Assembly: GCF_001194135.2 (NCBI RefSeq)
Contig: NC_069001.1
Span: 35,494,167 to 35,558,166 of the forward strand
Source of the DNA: Octopus bimaculoides
Taxonomy: Eukaryota
Direction: 5' to 3'
Length of the DNA: 64,000 nucleotides
The first letter of the stretch is position 1. The number at the start of each line of letters is the position of its first letter. The notes beneath the pieces are model-generated. The model saw nothing but the letters and a program-made list of their open reading frames with translations. It was not told the origin of the DNA and made no database searches. The position numbers were made by a program, and so were the translations under genes. Below are positions 50,596 through 62,659 of this stretch, one piece after another.

Positions 50596-51919
50596 AATTG
50601 TCTCAAAATATAGTTAATTTTGTGGTTTGGATGACTTTCCTAAGGGCCAGTTCTTATCGTTTCTACCCCATTGCCACTGTCTCAACCACAGATACATACC
50701 TCAAAGAAACAGAAAGACAAACAGACAGAAAGACAGACACAGACAGAAAGACAGTCACAGACAGATTACATGGATGGATAGAGGGAGAAAAGAGAGAGAG
50801 ACAAACAGATATACAGGCAGAAAGATATATGGACAGATAGACAGATAGGGGGAGAGAGAGTGAGAGACTGACACACAGACAGACAGATCTGCTGACAGAT
50901 AGATGGGTACAGAGACAGACAGATACATGGACAGATAGAGAGACAGACAGACAGACAAATACATACACAGACAGGCAGACAGATACAAAAACAGATAGAC
51001 AATAAATTAGGATGATTAACAATGTTCATGGATAAAAAAGGATATTTACAATCTGTGTTTGTTCATGTATTATTTGGTAAGACTCGGCTGTGAAAACATT
51101 TGCTTGTTATATAATACAGACATCAATTGTATAGCTTGGCTTTGGTGTGTTCATCATTTTGCAGGATTTGGCCGGGCAGAGTTGTGCCTGGATCCTTGTT
51201 TAGAAGTCATTGTACCTTGTGACATTGTAGTTTTAACTGGAATTTTATCCACTGGAAGGTGGTGGTCTGATACTCCTGAGGGAGATGGAACTATGGCAGA
51301 CCTAAAGCAACATGGGGAAGGGCCTGCAAGAAATTGAGGTCCTGGCAGGTGGTGACATCTGGGGCAATTGCAACCCGTTGTCAAGGACTGAGATAGATGG
51401 AGATATCTTGTTGGTATCCTATGCAACACATGGAGCCAAAGAATTTAATTAATGAATGTAATATAATATAATTCTGAGGCAGGGTTGGATTAACCATTAA
51501 GCAAAATAAGCATGTGCTTAGGGCATCAAGGGAAGGAGCGGGGGTCACCACAGAAATGGTAAATGGTTTACGGCACAAAAGAAATCGCTTTCCTAATATA
51601 ATATTCTTCATGCATATATCTGAGAGTTTTTCCAGTTACCAAACTTAAAAGATAAGTACTAGGGAGCTCAAGGTGGTGCTCCAGCATGGCCATGGTTTGA
51701 TGACTGAAACTAGTAAAAGACAAAAAATAATAAAAACTCAAAAAACAAAAAGATGAAAACTGCTAAGTAAAGAGACAGAAGAGAAATAATGACATACATG
51801 GACGTTCCTAAATAAAGTTTTTCCAAAATATGGAAGAATTTAAGTAGAAACTGAGATTATTAAATCACGCTCTCAGACACATTGGAAGATTCACCATTCT
51901 TAAAACTAAATAACATATT

Positions 51920-52315
51920 ATTATAACAGACAAATACCGACAGGCTGATTCTCCAGAGCTGGAATTGTTTCCATCCATAAACCCAACATAAGGGCTTCCA
52001 TATGTCTGACTCCACAAGGAAATTTCCGAAATATTCTCTCTCCAAAATATAGAAGAATCAAGACAGCAATTTTGGTATGGGCAGCGGAGACCGCATGCAG
52101 ACAGAAATATCAATTAGAAGCCTAGTGTGATATATTTAGTAAACCATTATTCAATCTTCAAGTTATAATAATAGACGTAAATACAGACAGACCTTTCTTC
52201 AGAAGCGGCATTATGTCTCCATCCGTAAAACTAAGGAACTGCTTCCATATGTCGGCTTTCTAAAGAAATTTCCTATCCTAAACATATATTCTCCATTCTC
52301 CAAAAATATAGGCAG
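51920..52315. repeat. Diverged tandem duplication, period about 247 bp
   Basis: GCTTCCATATGTC at 51994 and 52241; flanking AAATAC.GACAG, TCCATCC.TAAA, GAAATTTCC and CCAAAA(A)TATAG blocks are colinear. Confidence 0.75.
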
Positions 52316-52316
52316 G

Positions 52317-52349
<33 letters not shown>

Positions 52350-53063
52350 NNNNNNNNNNNNNNNNNNNNNNNNNNNNNNNNNNNNNNNNNNNNNNNNNNN
52401 NNNNNNNNNNNNNNNNNNNNNNNNNNNNNNNNNNNNNNNNNNNNNNNNNNNNNNNNNNNNNNNNNNNNNNNNNNNNNNNNNNNNNNNNNNNNNNNNNNNN
52501 NNNNNNNNNNNNNNNNNNNNNNNNNNNNNNNNNNNNNNNNNNNNNNNNNNNNNNNNNNNNNNNNNNNNNNNNNNNNNNNNNNNNNNNNNNNNNNNNNNNN
52601 NNNNNNNNNNNNNNNNNNNNNNNNNNNNNNNNNNNNNNNNNNNNNNNNNNNNNNNNNNNNNNNNNNNNNNNNNNNNNNNNNNNNNNNNNNNNNNNNNNNN
52701 NNNNNNNNNNNNNNNNNNNNNNNNNNNNNNNNNNNNNNNNNNNNNNNNNNNNNNNNNNNNNNNNNNNNNNNNNNNNNNNNNNNNNNNNNNNNNNNNNNNN
52801 NNNNNNNNNNNNNNNNNNNNNNNNNNNNNNNNNNNNNNNNNNNNNNNNNNNNNNNNNNNNNNNNNNNNNNNNNNNNNNNNNNNNNNNNNNNNNNNNNNNN
52901 NNNNNNNNNNNNNNNNNNNNNNNNNNNNNNNNNNNNNNNNNNNNNNNNNNNNNNNNNNNNNNNNNNNNNNNNNNNNNNNNNNNNNNNNNNNNNNNNNNNN
53001 NNNNNNNNNNNNNNNNNNNNNNNNNNNNNNNNNNNNNNNNNNNNNNNNNNNNNNNNNNNNNNN
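52350..53063. other. Assembly gap
   Basis: N-run. Confidence 0.99.
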
Positions 53064-53393
53064 AAAAGAATTAGGGAGCAGAATCCAAAAGTATTATGTA
53101 AGTAAATGAGATCAAATCACAGACGTATGAAGAAGGATTAAAGGAGCCCTATTTTTTGTCTTTGTAAGATCAACATCTATCGATGTGTGTGTGTGTGTGT
53201 GTGGGTGGGTGTGTGTGTATGTGTGTGTGTGTATGTGTGTGTGTGTGTGTGTATGTATGTGTGTGTGTGTGTGTGTTGTGGGAGTGAGAGAGAGAAAAAT
53301 ACACATATGTTATAAAACTTTTAGATAGTTTTTTAACAGGAATATTCTGGAAGCTATATCTAAGACTTAATACATTATTATTATTACCATTAC

Positions 53394-53436
<43 letters not shown>

Positions 53437-53573
53437 TTTATCTACCTAATTCCCAAACCCCAATACTTACAATGAAACAACAACGTTTTTGCTTTTTTAG
53501 ATTATTTTTGTCCCCGTTCCTTTCTTCTTCATCGACTGACTACAACATCAAAATGCACACGTGTGTGTGTGTG

Positions 53574-53609
<36 letters not shown>

Positions 53610-53619
53610 NNNNNNNNNN

Positions 53620-53654
<35 letters not shown>

Positions 53655-53657
53655 GAC

Positions 53658-53860
53658 ATGTGGTTCAATCCCATTGTATGTCACTTTGGACAAGGGTCTT
53701 TTATTATATTGATAGCTTTTGAGATGAACCTAAACTTGTGGATGGGTTTTGGTAGATATAAACAGGGGAAGCTTGTTATATATTTTGTTAACAACTGGTG
53801 TTGGTGCATTTACATCCCTGTAACCTAACAGTTTGGCAAAACAGACTGATAGAGTAGGTA
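53658..53860 (+). mobile_element. Old SINE family A fragment
   Basis: TGGTTCAATCCCATTG..TTGGACAAGG..TTGGTAGAT..ACAACTGGTGTTGGTG..GACTGATAGAGTAGGTAC. Confidence 0.6.
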
Positions 53861-54340
53861 CCAGTAGAAGAAGATTAAAAGAAAGAAGATAACAAAATTG
53901 TTAAAAACAGAAAATGAAAACGAGCCAAGCACCCCCATCTCTTAAATTAAACTCAACCATGCTTAAAATTTACAAAATAAAACAGAAGGTCATGCCTGGA
54001 GTGCCTTTGACCAAAGGTCTATTTGTACGATCGTGGTTGGCCTGAGAGTGCTAATCAGCAACAACAACAACAACAACGACAACCTAGGGCTCTACATGTG
54101 CCATAGATAAAACAGCCACAGTTTTTGGTAAAGTTACTCATGGAATGAACAGACATTTGGCAGCAGCTATTTATATTCAAAGAATGGTGTTAAAACATGG
54201 GAACCTTGCTGTGTTAATTCTACAAAAGTCACATCTGGCAGCGAAAGGGTTAGCTGGCTTTCTCGAAATATCCTTCTTGCAGTCTATTTCTGTCTATGTA
54301 TGTATGTATGTATGTATGTATGTACATATGTGTGTGTGAG

Positions 54341-54377
<37 letters not shown>

Positions 54378-54399
54378 TTCTGATAAATTATCTATTGCA

Positions 54400-54960
54400 T
54401 TTCTCTTTACTTCTCTTTCTCTTTTTTATTCTTTTTGTATTTTGCTTCTTCACCTCTGTTTCTTTCTCACAATCTCTTTATTGTTTTCTACATTTCCCCC
54501 CTTATTTCACCCTATCCATCTTCAACTCTCTCTCTCTCTCTTTCTCTCTCTCTCTTTCTCTCTCTCTCTTTCTCTCTCCTCCTCCTCCTTTCCCTCTTCA
54601 ATCCTCTCTATTTCAATTTTCCCTAATATTTCTCTCTTAATTTCTTCAACCTCTTTCCTTCTCTCCCTCTCTCTTACTCTCTTTATCTTTCTCCCTCTCT
54701 GCTCTCTCCTTCTCACTCTCTCTCTCTTTCTCTCTCAGTCATTTTCCTTCTCTCTCTTATTTTTCTATATTTCTCTCCTCCTTTTTACCATCTTTATTTC
54801 TTTTCTCTTTCTCTCAATCTCTCTATCCCTCACTCAGTCACTTTTCCCCTGTATTTTTTTCTTTCACTCTCTCCACCCCTTTGTCCCTCTTCCCAACTCT
54901 TTTTCTCCATATCCTCTCTTCCTCACATACTCTCTCTCTCTCTCTCACTTTCACTCTTAG
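54400..54960. repeat. Degenerate (CT)-rich polypyrimidine tract
   Basis: About 560 bp of mostly C/T. Confidence 0.9.
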
Positions 54961-56073
54961 AATATTACATTTCATAGTAATTAATTGGATTTTAAAATTA
55001 TTAATTATATTTTAATTTTTTTCTCCTCCTCCTATTTGATACGCTGAAATCTTATTATAAAATTTTTACAATTTTCTGGAAAAAAAAAATAATATAATAA
55101 AAGAATTTTAATATAGTACCTCCTCAAAAATTAAAATATTTTCACTCAGAAAAAAAAAAAAAAAAAGACATATATCTTTCAATTTTCTTTTATTTTTTAG
55201 ATGAAGCAAAATTTTTTTTTTAAATTTATTACAAATGAAAATTTAAAATTCATCAAAAATTTCCACGTATGTCATAGTGAATTACTAAACATATTTAAGA
55301 TGCTAATCAAATTGGTTGATAGGTCATTTCAAAGGTAGAAAGATCTGCCTTTCATTGCTTTGCTAACCACCACAGAAATTCTTCAGAACATTTCTACAGA
55401 ACCATACAAACCCTTAAATATTCATGAATTCCTAATCTTAGAAACCAATTTGAATTCGCTTACCAAATATTATTCCATCATGTTTTCTGGTCACAAATCT
55501 CTTTGGTCAGCATCACCATTGCTTGATATATTGGATTAGATGCAAGTCTCTTCCATTGATGAAAAGCATAGTTTCCCTTCCCGCCTTTCTCTTCACTTAC
55601 CATTTATTATTATTTTTTTTTTTTTTGCTAATGTATCAAATTACCATACCAGTTCCACATAATAAAGTTTATACTTTGAGTCAGAGAAAAATCCTTCCCT
55701 GCCGTAGCCAAACACCACCACCACCACCACGCTGTCACAGATCAAATTCTTAATTCACCTTCTCACAAAGTTCAGAGACTTTTGTCAGAAGTCTCATTCC
55801 AAAGGGAGGACAAAAAGAAAAGGAAAGAAAGAAAGAAAAGGAGAAAGAGAGGAAAAGTAAAGAAAATATTTATCTGTTTAAATGTCAAATCGTTCTCCAT
55901 GACTCTCAGAATGTTCTTGCTTTCCTCTAAATTCGTTCTTCTTTGGTGAGTGACAGTTTACTAAGCAGCCATATAATTTCATGACTATTTGATTCAGCTC
56001 ACAAATTAACAGTTTCTATACGTGCGTGTGTGTGTGTAATAAAATGCTAGCGATTATTATTATCATCATTAAA

Positions 56074-56340
56074 GGGTGAGAGAGCAATACATGCCATCAA
56101 AGTGACACTGGGGTACAAATATACAAAGCCCAGTATACCCATCATGACTACATGTCTGATAAGGGTACACCAAACACATGCACGACATGGTGATCTAAAA
56201 TTAAGATAAACGGTGCATGACCTTGCAGGTGGGGCCCTGTTAGAATTTTCTTCAGGTCGAGTAGCCCATCCCACTCAAAAGGTCCTTGAATAATGGCTAT
56301 TTAAGGATGTTGAACGAAGCACCCATGTTTCCTTCCAAAG
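56074..56340 (-). mobile_element. Retroposon 3' end sharing the R4/Dong-like terminus (..TGCTCTCTCAC.C + TAA-rich tail)
   Basis: Plus strand GTGAGAGAGCA is identical to the terminus at 36108; adjacent to (ATT/ATC)n. Confidence 0.5.
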
Positions 56341-56419
56341 GTGAATTATTCAAACCCCAAAGACATGATTATGATGCTCCCCCACTACTTCTATTTGTGA
56401 TCAGAGATGCACATATTGT

Positions 56420-56500
56420 CAGTCCAAGGTGCTCTGTGGTGGAACTGAACCTAAAATTCTTTGGTTGGGAAGCAAAACTCTTAACCACAAAGTTATGCCT
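56420..56500 (-). mobile_element. SINE family A head fragment
   Basis: CCAAGGTGC..GGAACTGAACC..TGGTTGGGAAGCAAAAC. Confidence 0.7.
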
Positions 56501-56556
56501 ACATTAAGCCCTCGATGTTTTTCTTTTCCTTTAAATATAGGTTCACATCTGTAAAT

Positions 56557-56940
56557 CACAGGTGTGACTGTGTGGTAAGAGGTATGCTTCCCAACCACAT
56601 TGGTTCTGGGTTCAGTCCCACTGTATGCCACCTTGGGCAAGTGTTTTCTACTTTAGCCTCAAGGCAGACAAAAATCTTGAGTGGATTTGGTAGATGGAAA
56701 CTGAAAGAAGCCTATCGTATGTATGTGTGTGGGGGGACCGCGTCTGTCTGCTTGACAACCGGTGCTGGTGTGTTTATGTCTCCATAACTTAGTGATTCAG
56801 CAAAAGAGACTGATAGAATAAGAGCCAGCGTTTGAAAAAAAGCACTCCTGGGGTCGAATCATTCAGCTAAAAATTCTTCAAGGCAATGCCCCAGTATGGC
56901 TACAGTGTAATGACTGAAACAAGCGAAAGATAAAAGAAAA
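56557..56940 (+). mobile_element. Full-length SINE family A with A-rich (AAAGA)n-type tail
   Basis: Head, body and tail ..GGGGTCGA..GCCCCAGTATGGC..ATGACTGAAACAAG. Confidence 0.88.
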
Positions 56941-57758
56941 AGGAGCATAAACAAACAAACAAATAAATAAAGCAAAAAAAAAAAGAATAATCCCCACCTC
57001 CCATAAACGTAGGGATTTATTACCATATAAGGACATCTCCTCTTCTTTACCAAATGTTTCATTTGCTTCAACCTTTTCTTCACTAAAGAGTCTTCAGGCT
57101 AAAATGTTAGGCCTACATGTAGAACAAGAAAACGTATTATAAGTGGGGAGGGGGGGAAGGAGAACTAAAACCATTTTCTGATGGAAAAAGAAATTGGTAA
57201 AAAAATATGAAAGAAAAGGCACCAAATTAAAATGTTTGCCTTTCTCTGGAAATTGTGAGGATAATGTTAAAGTTTGGCACAGTAAAACAACGCCTGATAT
57301 ACACAGGTTGGTATGGAACATTCGAAACTCAGCCTGGAGCGCTGAAGCATTATTGCATTTTTCCCCTCTCTCTGTATCAGTACATACATATATATATATG
57401 TATATTTATATATATATATTTATTTATTATGTGTGTGTATATGTAAGTTTGTGTGTGTGCGTGATTTGGTTTGCATGTGCAAGTGTCAAAATTTGCAAAT
57501 GTGTGTCTGTATGTGTGTGCGTACACGTTATTTGTGTTCATATAATGGTATTTGTGGATGCGTGTATTGGTATATACCCACATTAGCATATATGTGCTCA
57601 GGCATATTCACACGTATGTAAATATGTGTGTGTATATTTATATATGTATGTGTATATATGAATGTGTGAGTGTGTATATATATAAATGGATGTATGGGTA
57701 TTCATATATGTGCATGTGTGCATACAGACGTGTGTGTGTAAATATATAAATATATATA

Positions 57759-58411
57759 NNNNNNNNNNNNNNNNNNNNNNNNNNNNNNNNNNNNNNNNNN
57801 NNNNNNNNNNNNNNNNNNNNNNNNNNNNNNNNNNNNNNNNNNNNNNNNNNNNNNNNNNNNNNNNNNNNNNNNNNNNNNNNNNNNNNNNNNNNNNNNNNNN
57901 NNNNNNNNNNNNNNNNNNNNNNNNNNNNNNNNNNNNNNNNNNNNNNNNNNNNNNNNNNNNNNNNNNNNNNNNNNNNNNNNNNNNNNNNNNNNNNNNNNNN
58001 NNNNNNNNNNNNNNNNNNNNNNNNNNNNNNNNNNNNNNNNNNNNNNNNNNNNNNNNNNNNNNNNNNNNNNNNNNNNNNNNNNNNNNNNNNNNNNNNNNNN
58101 NNNNNNNNNNNNNNNNNNNNNNNNNNNNNNNNNNNNNNNNNNNNNNNNNNNNNNNNNNNNNNNNNNNNNNNNNNNNNNNNNNNNNNNNNNNNNNNNNNNN
58201 NNNNNNNNNNNNNNNNNNNNNNNNNNNNNNNNNNNNNNNNNNNNNNNNNNNNNNNNNNNNNNNNNNNNNNNNNNNNNNNNNNNNNNNNNNNNNNNNNNNN
58301 NNNNNNNNNNNNNNNNNNNNNNNNNNNNNNNNNNNNNNNNNNNNNNNNNNNNNNNNNNNNNNNNNNNNNNNNNNNNNNNNNNNNNNNNNNNNNNNNNNNN
58401 NNNNNNNNNNN
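57759..58411. other. Assembly gap within (TA)n
   Basis: N-run. Confidence 0.99.
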
Positions 58412-58446
<35 letters not shown>

Positions 58447-58931
58447 ATATATATACATATATATACATATATATATATATGCATAAGGTATTTCATGCAC
58501 ATACCAGAGTGTTTAATGACTGAGGCATTTTTACATATGTGCACACGTATTTCTTTTTCTTTTTGGAACAGGTACTTTTTGTGATATGTGTATTTAAAAC
58601 TTTTAATAACACTCGAATGAATGATTAATTATATCAATATAGAAAATTCTACACACTTATATTGTTATTGTTGTTGCTGTTGTTTCTATTGTTGTTGTTG
58701 CTGTTGTTGTTATTTATGTGTGCAATATTATTTCATGCATTTAGTGTTGCACTGAAGCAGGGAACAACAAAATGCTGAGAGGTTATTAAAATATTGTTGC
58801 ACGTATTATTTAAATTTTAAGCCAGGAAAAAAAACAAAAGAAATATCTATAAATATAAATACACACAGGAATACTGCAGTTTTGTGTCTTTCTACAGTAT
58901 GACAACATTGAATGAAGTATACAGAATGCTT

Positions 58932-58968
<37 letters not shown>

Positions 58969-59029
58969 ATATATGTGTGCGTGTATGTGTGTATATATGT
59001 ATATGTAAAATAATAAATTAAAAGAAAGA

Positions 59030-59235
59030 CGAAGAACAAACACAAGCAAAAAACAACAACATGAGGACGTGGTACATGCAAAGTATTAGCAGATGCTCAG
59101 GGAAGGAAAGAAAGGTGGTTTTATGTTTTGAGCAAAGCTCTTCATCAGAAAAAGGAGATGGAGGAAAGTCCAAGAGAAAAGGAAGACAGTGGAAAAAAAT
59201 TTGCCAACGATTCCCATGTGGTTACATTTTGAAAT
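59030..59235 (-). mobile_element. Penelope-like repeat fragment with a decayed hammerhead
   Basis: Similar to 15365-15547; minus strand CUGAUGA-A-GAGC(UUU)GCUC-AAAAC-AUA. Confidence 0.55.
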
Positions 59236-59336
59236 GTATGTGTATGTGTGTATGTATGAGAGAAAAGCTGCAACACTGACAATATTTAATGATGTAGGTT
59301 AGTTCTTCTTTTCAAGTTTATTTTGTCCATATTCAG

Positions 59337-59408
59337 AGAGTGGGACTGGATTCGTACAAATCCATATAAACGATTATCATGCACAGGCATTGCTTGAGAA
59401 GGAAAAAA
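59337..59408 (+). CDS. Candidate internal exon: (E)SGTGFVQIHINDYHAQALLEKEK
   Basis: TTCTTCTTTTCAAGTTTATTTTGTCCATATTCAG| acceptor, |GTAAGG donor, 72 nt, only one open frame, phase 1-1. Confidence 0.55.
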
Positions 59409-59477
59409 GTAAGGCCAATTACAAAAATGGCTGGTCGTAGCCATCACTTCAATCGAGCAATGGCAATACTCAAACAT

Positions 59478-59638
59478 GAGTTTGCAGTGCGTAACTGGTA
59501 CTTAATTTATCGACCCCGAAAGGATGAAAGGCAAAGTCGACCTTGGCGGAATTTGAACTCAGAACGTAAAGATGGACGAAATACTGCTAAGCATTTCACC
59601 CGGCATGCTAACCACTCTGCCAGCTCACTGCCTTACCC
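59478..59638 (-). mobile_element. SINE family C copy
   Basis: GCGTAACTGGTACTTAATTTATCGACCCCGAAAGGATGAAAGGCAAAGTCGACCTTGGCGGAATTTGAACTC. Confidence 0.88.
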
Positions 59639-59675
59639 TTTGTATATATTTAACATGTAATATATATAATGATAG

Positions 59676-60056
59676 TGGAGCTATAATGGCCCAGTGGTTA
59701 GGGCTGCAGACTCACGGTCATAGGATCGCGGTTTCGATTCCCAGACTGGGCGTTGTGAGTGTTTATTGAGTGAAAACGCCTAAAGCTCCACAAGGCTCTG
59801 GCAGGGCATGGTGACAAAAAGCCTGCTGTATTCTTTCACCACATCTTTCTCTCACTCTTTCTTCCTGTTTCTGTTGTGCCTGTAATTCAAAGGGTCAGCC
59901 TTGTCACACTCTGTGTCACGCTGAATCTCCCCGAGAACTACGTTAAGGGTACACGTGTCTGTGGAGTGCTCAGCCACTTGCACATTAATTTCACGAACAG
60001 GCTGTTCCGTTGATAGGATCAACTGGAACCCTCGTTGTGGTAACCGATGGAGTTCC
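59676..60056 (+). mobile_element. SINE family B, variant head
   Basis: TGGCCCAGTGGTTAGGGCTGCAGACTCACGGTCATAGGATCGCGGTTTCGATTCCC. Confidence 0.9.
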
Positions 60057-60079
60057 ACGATATAATGATATATTTGTAG

Positions 60080-60130
60080 CTTTTTGTAAAGAGAAAGATC
60101 TTTATGAGGTCTGGTCAGCAATAATAAAGG
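60080..60130 (+). CDS. Weak candidate exon: FCKEKDLYEVWSAIIK
   Basis: TTTGTAG| acceptor, AAGG|GTGTCT weak donor; phase 1-1, compatible with the neighbouring candidates. Confidence 0.22.
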
Positions 60131-60518
60131 GTGTCTCACTTGAAAACCAACACCAAACACCATCAACACGACTGTCAAGACACTTCCAAAGGAACTTGCC
60201 AAACCCACATCGCCCTATATCACACCAACACCACACACTGCCCCCTACCTCCTTAGTAATTTAGGGGGTAGATAAATAACAGGATATCTTCAATGTTTTG
60301 ACTACATCTTCAATGGGCTCTGTCTCTCTCTCTGTCCACTACCTCCGCCCCCCCCCACGGCCCCTGGATATTCTTACTATTGCTAGAATTACAAGACAGT
60401 TTTCTTTTTCGTTGTTGGTTGTTGGTTGTTTTTTTTTTTGTTCATAAGAAGGCTTTAAACTGTATTACTTATATTTTATGTGGCATGTGTCATCTTTCAT
60501 TTAAGTTCTTTTTATGTA

Positions 60519-61028
60519 NNNNNNNNNNNNNNNNNNNNNNNNNNNNNNNNNNNNNNNNNNNNNNNNNNNNNNNNNNNNNNNNNNNNNNNNNNNNNNNNNN
60601 NNNNNNNNNNNNNNNNNNNNNNNNNNNNNNNNNNNNNNNNNNNNNNNNNNNNNNNNNNNNNNNNNNNNNNNNNNNNNNNNNNNNNNNNNNNNNNNNNNNN
60701 NNNNNNNNNNNNNNNNNNNNNNNNNNNNNNNNNNNNNNNNNNNNNNNNNNNNNNNNNNNNNNNNNNNNNNNNNNNNNNNNNNNNNNNNNNNNNNNNNNNN
60801 NNNNNNNNNNNNNNNNNNNNNNNNNNNNNNNNNNNNNNNNNNNNNNNNNNNNNNNNNNNNNNNNNNNNNNNNNNNNNNNNNNNNNNNNNNNNNNNNNNNN
60901 NNNNNNNNNNNNNNNNNNNNNNNNNNNNNNNNNNNNNNNNNNNNNNNNNNNNNNNNNNNNNNNNNNNNNNNNNNNNNNNNNNNNNNNNNNNNNNNNNNNN
61001 NNNNNNNNNNNNNNNNNNNNNNNNNNNN
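60519..61028. other. Assembly gap
   Basis: N-run. Confidence 0.99.
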
Positions 61029-61470
61029 ATATGACAAGATTCTTGTATGTTCTGGTGTCCTCATCCTTCAAATCTCGCTCTTTATAATGTTTTATTCTTC
61101 TACTGTTTACTGTCAGTGTGGGGTGGGCGGGGGTGGATTGTTAGTCTTATAAATAATCCTGCTTTGAAATGCTAACAAGGCATAACGCCCCTCTCCAAGC
61201 CAGCGAAGGTGCTTCTATGCGGTCATCTGAATTGCTAGAAACAGCAGCCAAATTATAAGCTCACACCTCACCCACCCACCCACTGCCCCCTATAATCATA
61301 TTCCTCTTACCATTTTTTATTTATTTATATATTTATTTATTTGCGTTTTGGTGGGTTTTGGAGACATTTCGGCACAGCTTTTGGGTGCCACCTCTTTGAC
61401 ATGGCTGACACAACAGCAGCTTACTTGACATCAAACATTTCTATGTTTCTCTGCTTTTCTCTCTTCTCTA

Positions 61471-61506
<36 letters not shown>

Positions 61507-61540
61507 TCCCTTTCTTCTTCTCTCCCAGTCTGTATATATC

Positions 61541-61578
<38 letters not shown>

Positions 61579-61624
61579 TATATACACACACACACAATCA
61601 CATACACACTCATATGTACCTTTT

Positions 61625-61982
61625 TTTTTATTCTTTTACTTGTTTCTGTCATTTGACTGCGGCCATGCTGGAGCACCACCTTCAGTTGAACAAATCAACC
61701 CCAGCGTTTATTTTTTTAAAACCTGGTTCTTATTCTATCGTTCTTTTTTACCAAACTGACAAGTTACAGGAACATAAACACACCAACACCGGTTGTCAAA
61801 TGATGAGGGGAGAACAGACACAAAGACACACACACACACACATAATGGGCTTCATCACAGTTTCCATCACAATTGGTCAGCAAATGACTATAGTAGAAGA
61901 CACTGGCCCAAGGTGCCTTGCAGTGGGACTGAACCCAGAACCAAGTAGTTGGGAAATAAAACGACTTAACCACATGGCCACT
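61625..61982 (-). mobile_element. Full-length SINE family A
   Basis: Reverse complement of the 62740-63100 type. Confidence 0.85.
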
Positions 61983-62575
61983 TTGTCACTTTAACCAATA
62001 AAATATAATAAAATACACACACACATCCATACACACGTATACATACAAACACACACACACACACACATGTAGACTAACGATTAATTCTGACACTGTAGCC
62101 TGATGACTGTCAGTGTTGCAAAAACTACAGCAAAAACATGGTTTTAAGTTCCACTCTGTAGAAATGGATATGGACAAGTCTTGGAACCTGGCACCATGAT
62201 ATGATTGGCAATTATGGCAGCTAGAACAGTATTATATATCATAGCACGGGAGGTAGAATCGGATTATCTTCTGGTTAAGAAAATCCCTCAAAAATAAGCA
62301 AAACAAAATCCTTTTGTTTATCTCAGGTTCTCAGCTTAGCAACTCTGCTGTAAAGAATCAGTTTTGGTTAGAATATATTTTGAGTTTAGCAAGAACACAA
62401 GACTATCATTGAAGATCTTCTGAAAGTTTGTGAAACTTGCCTCAACAGCTGCTCATTAGATAATCAATAATGTGATTAATATTAGGGATTTAAAAGAAAA
62501 TTCCAAATAAAGAACATATCTTCTGCTTCATCTATTTGTAATGGTTTGCTTTTATACCTGTTCTTCGATGCTAAG

Positions 62576-62659
62576 CATGGGTTAGAGGAAAATCTGCTAT
62601 TGAGGAATTGCTTGAAGCTGGGATGCTCTTCCTGTTGCTATCGCTTACCTGTTTTTCAG
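62576..62659 (+). CDS. Possible exon WVRGKSAIEELLEAGMLFLLLSLTCFS (or a first coding exon MLFLLLSLTCFS from ATG 62623)
   Basis: Strong CAG|GTAAGG donor; weak TAAG acceptor; phase 1-1. Confidence 0.3.

Noticed and set aside
51059-51430. GC-richer island with 91-92 aa ORFs on both strands
   Set aside because: No recognisable domain or donor site; probably a decayed transposon fragment.
51860-52045. SDIWKP resembling the Cys-loop receptor WxPD motif (chemotactile receptors)
   Set aside because: It lacks the D and the Cys-loop, and it lies in a tandem duplication whose other copy does not keep the frame.
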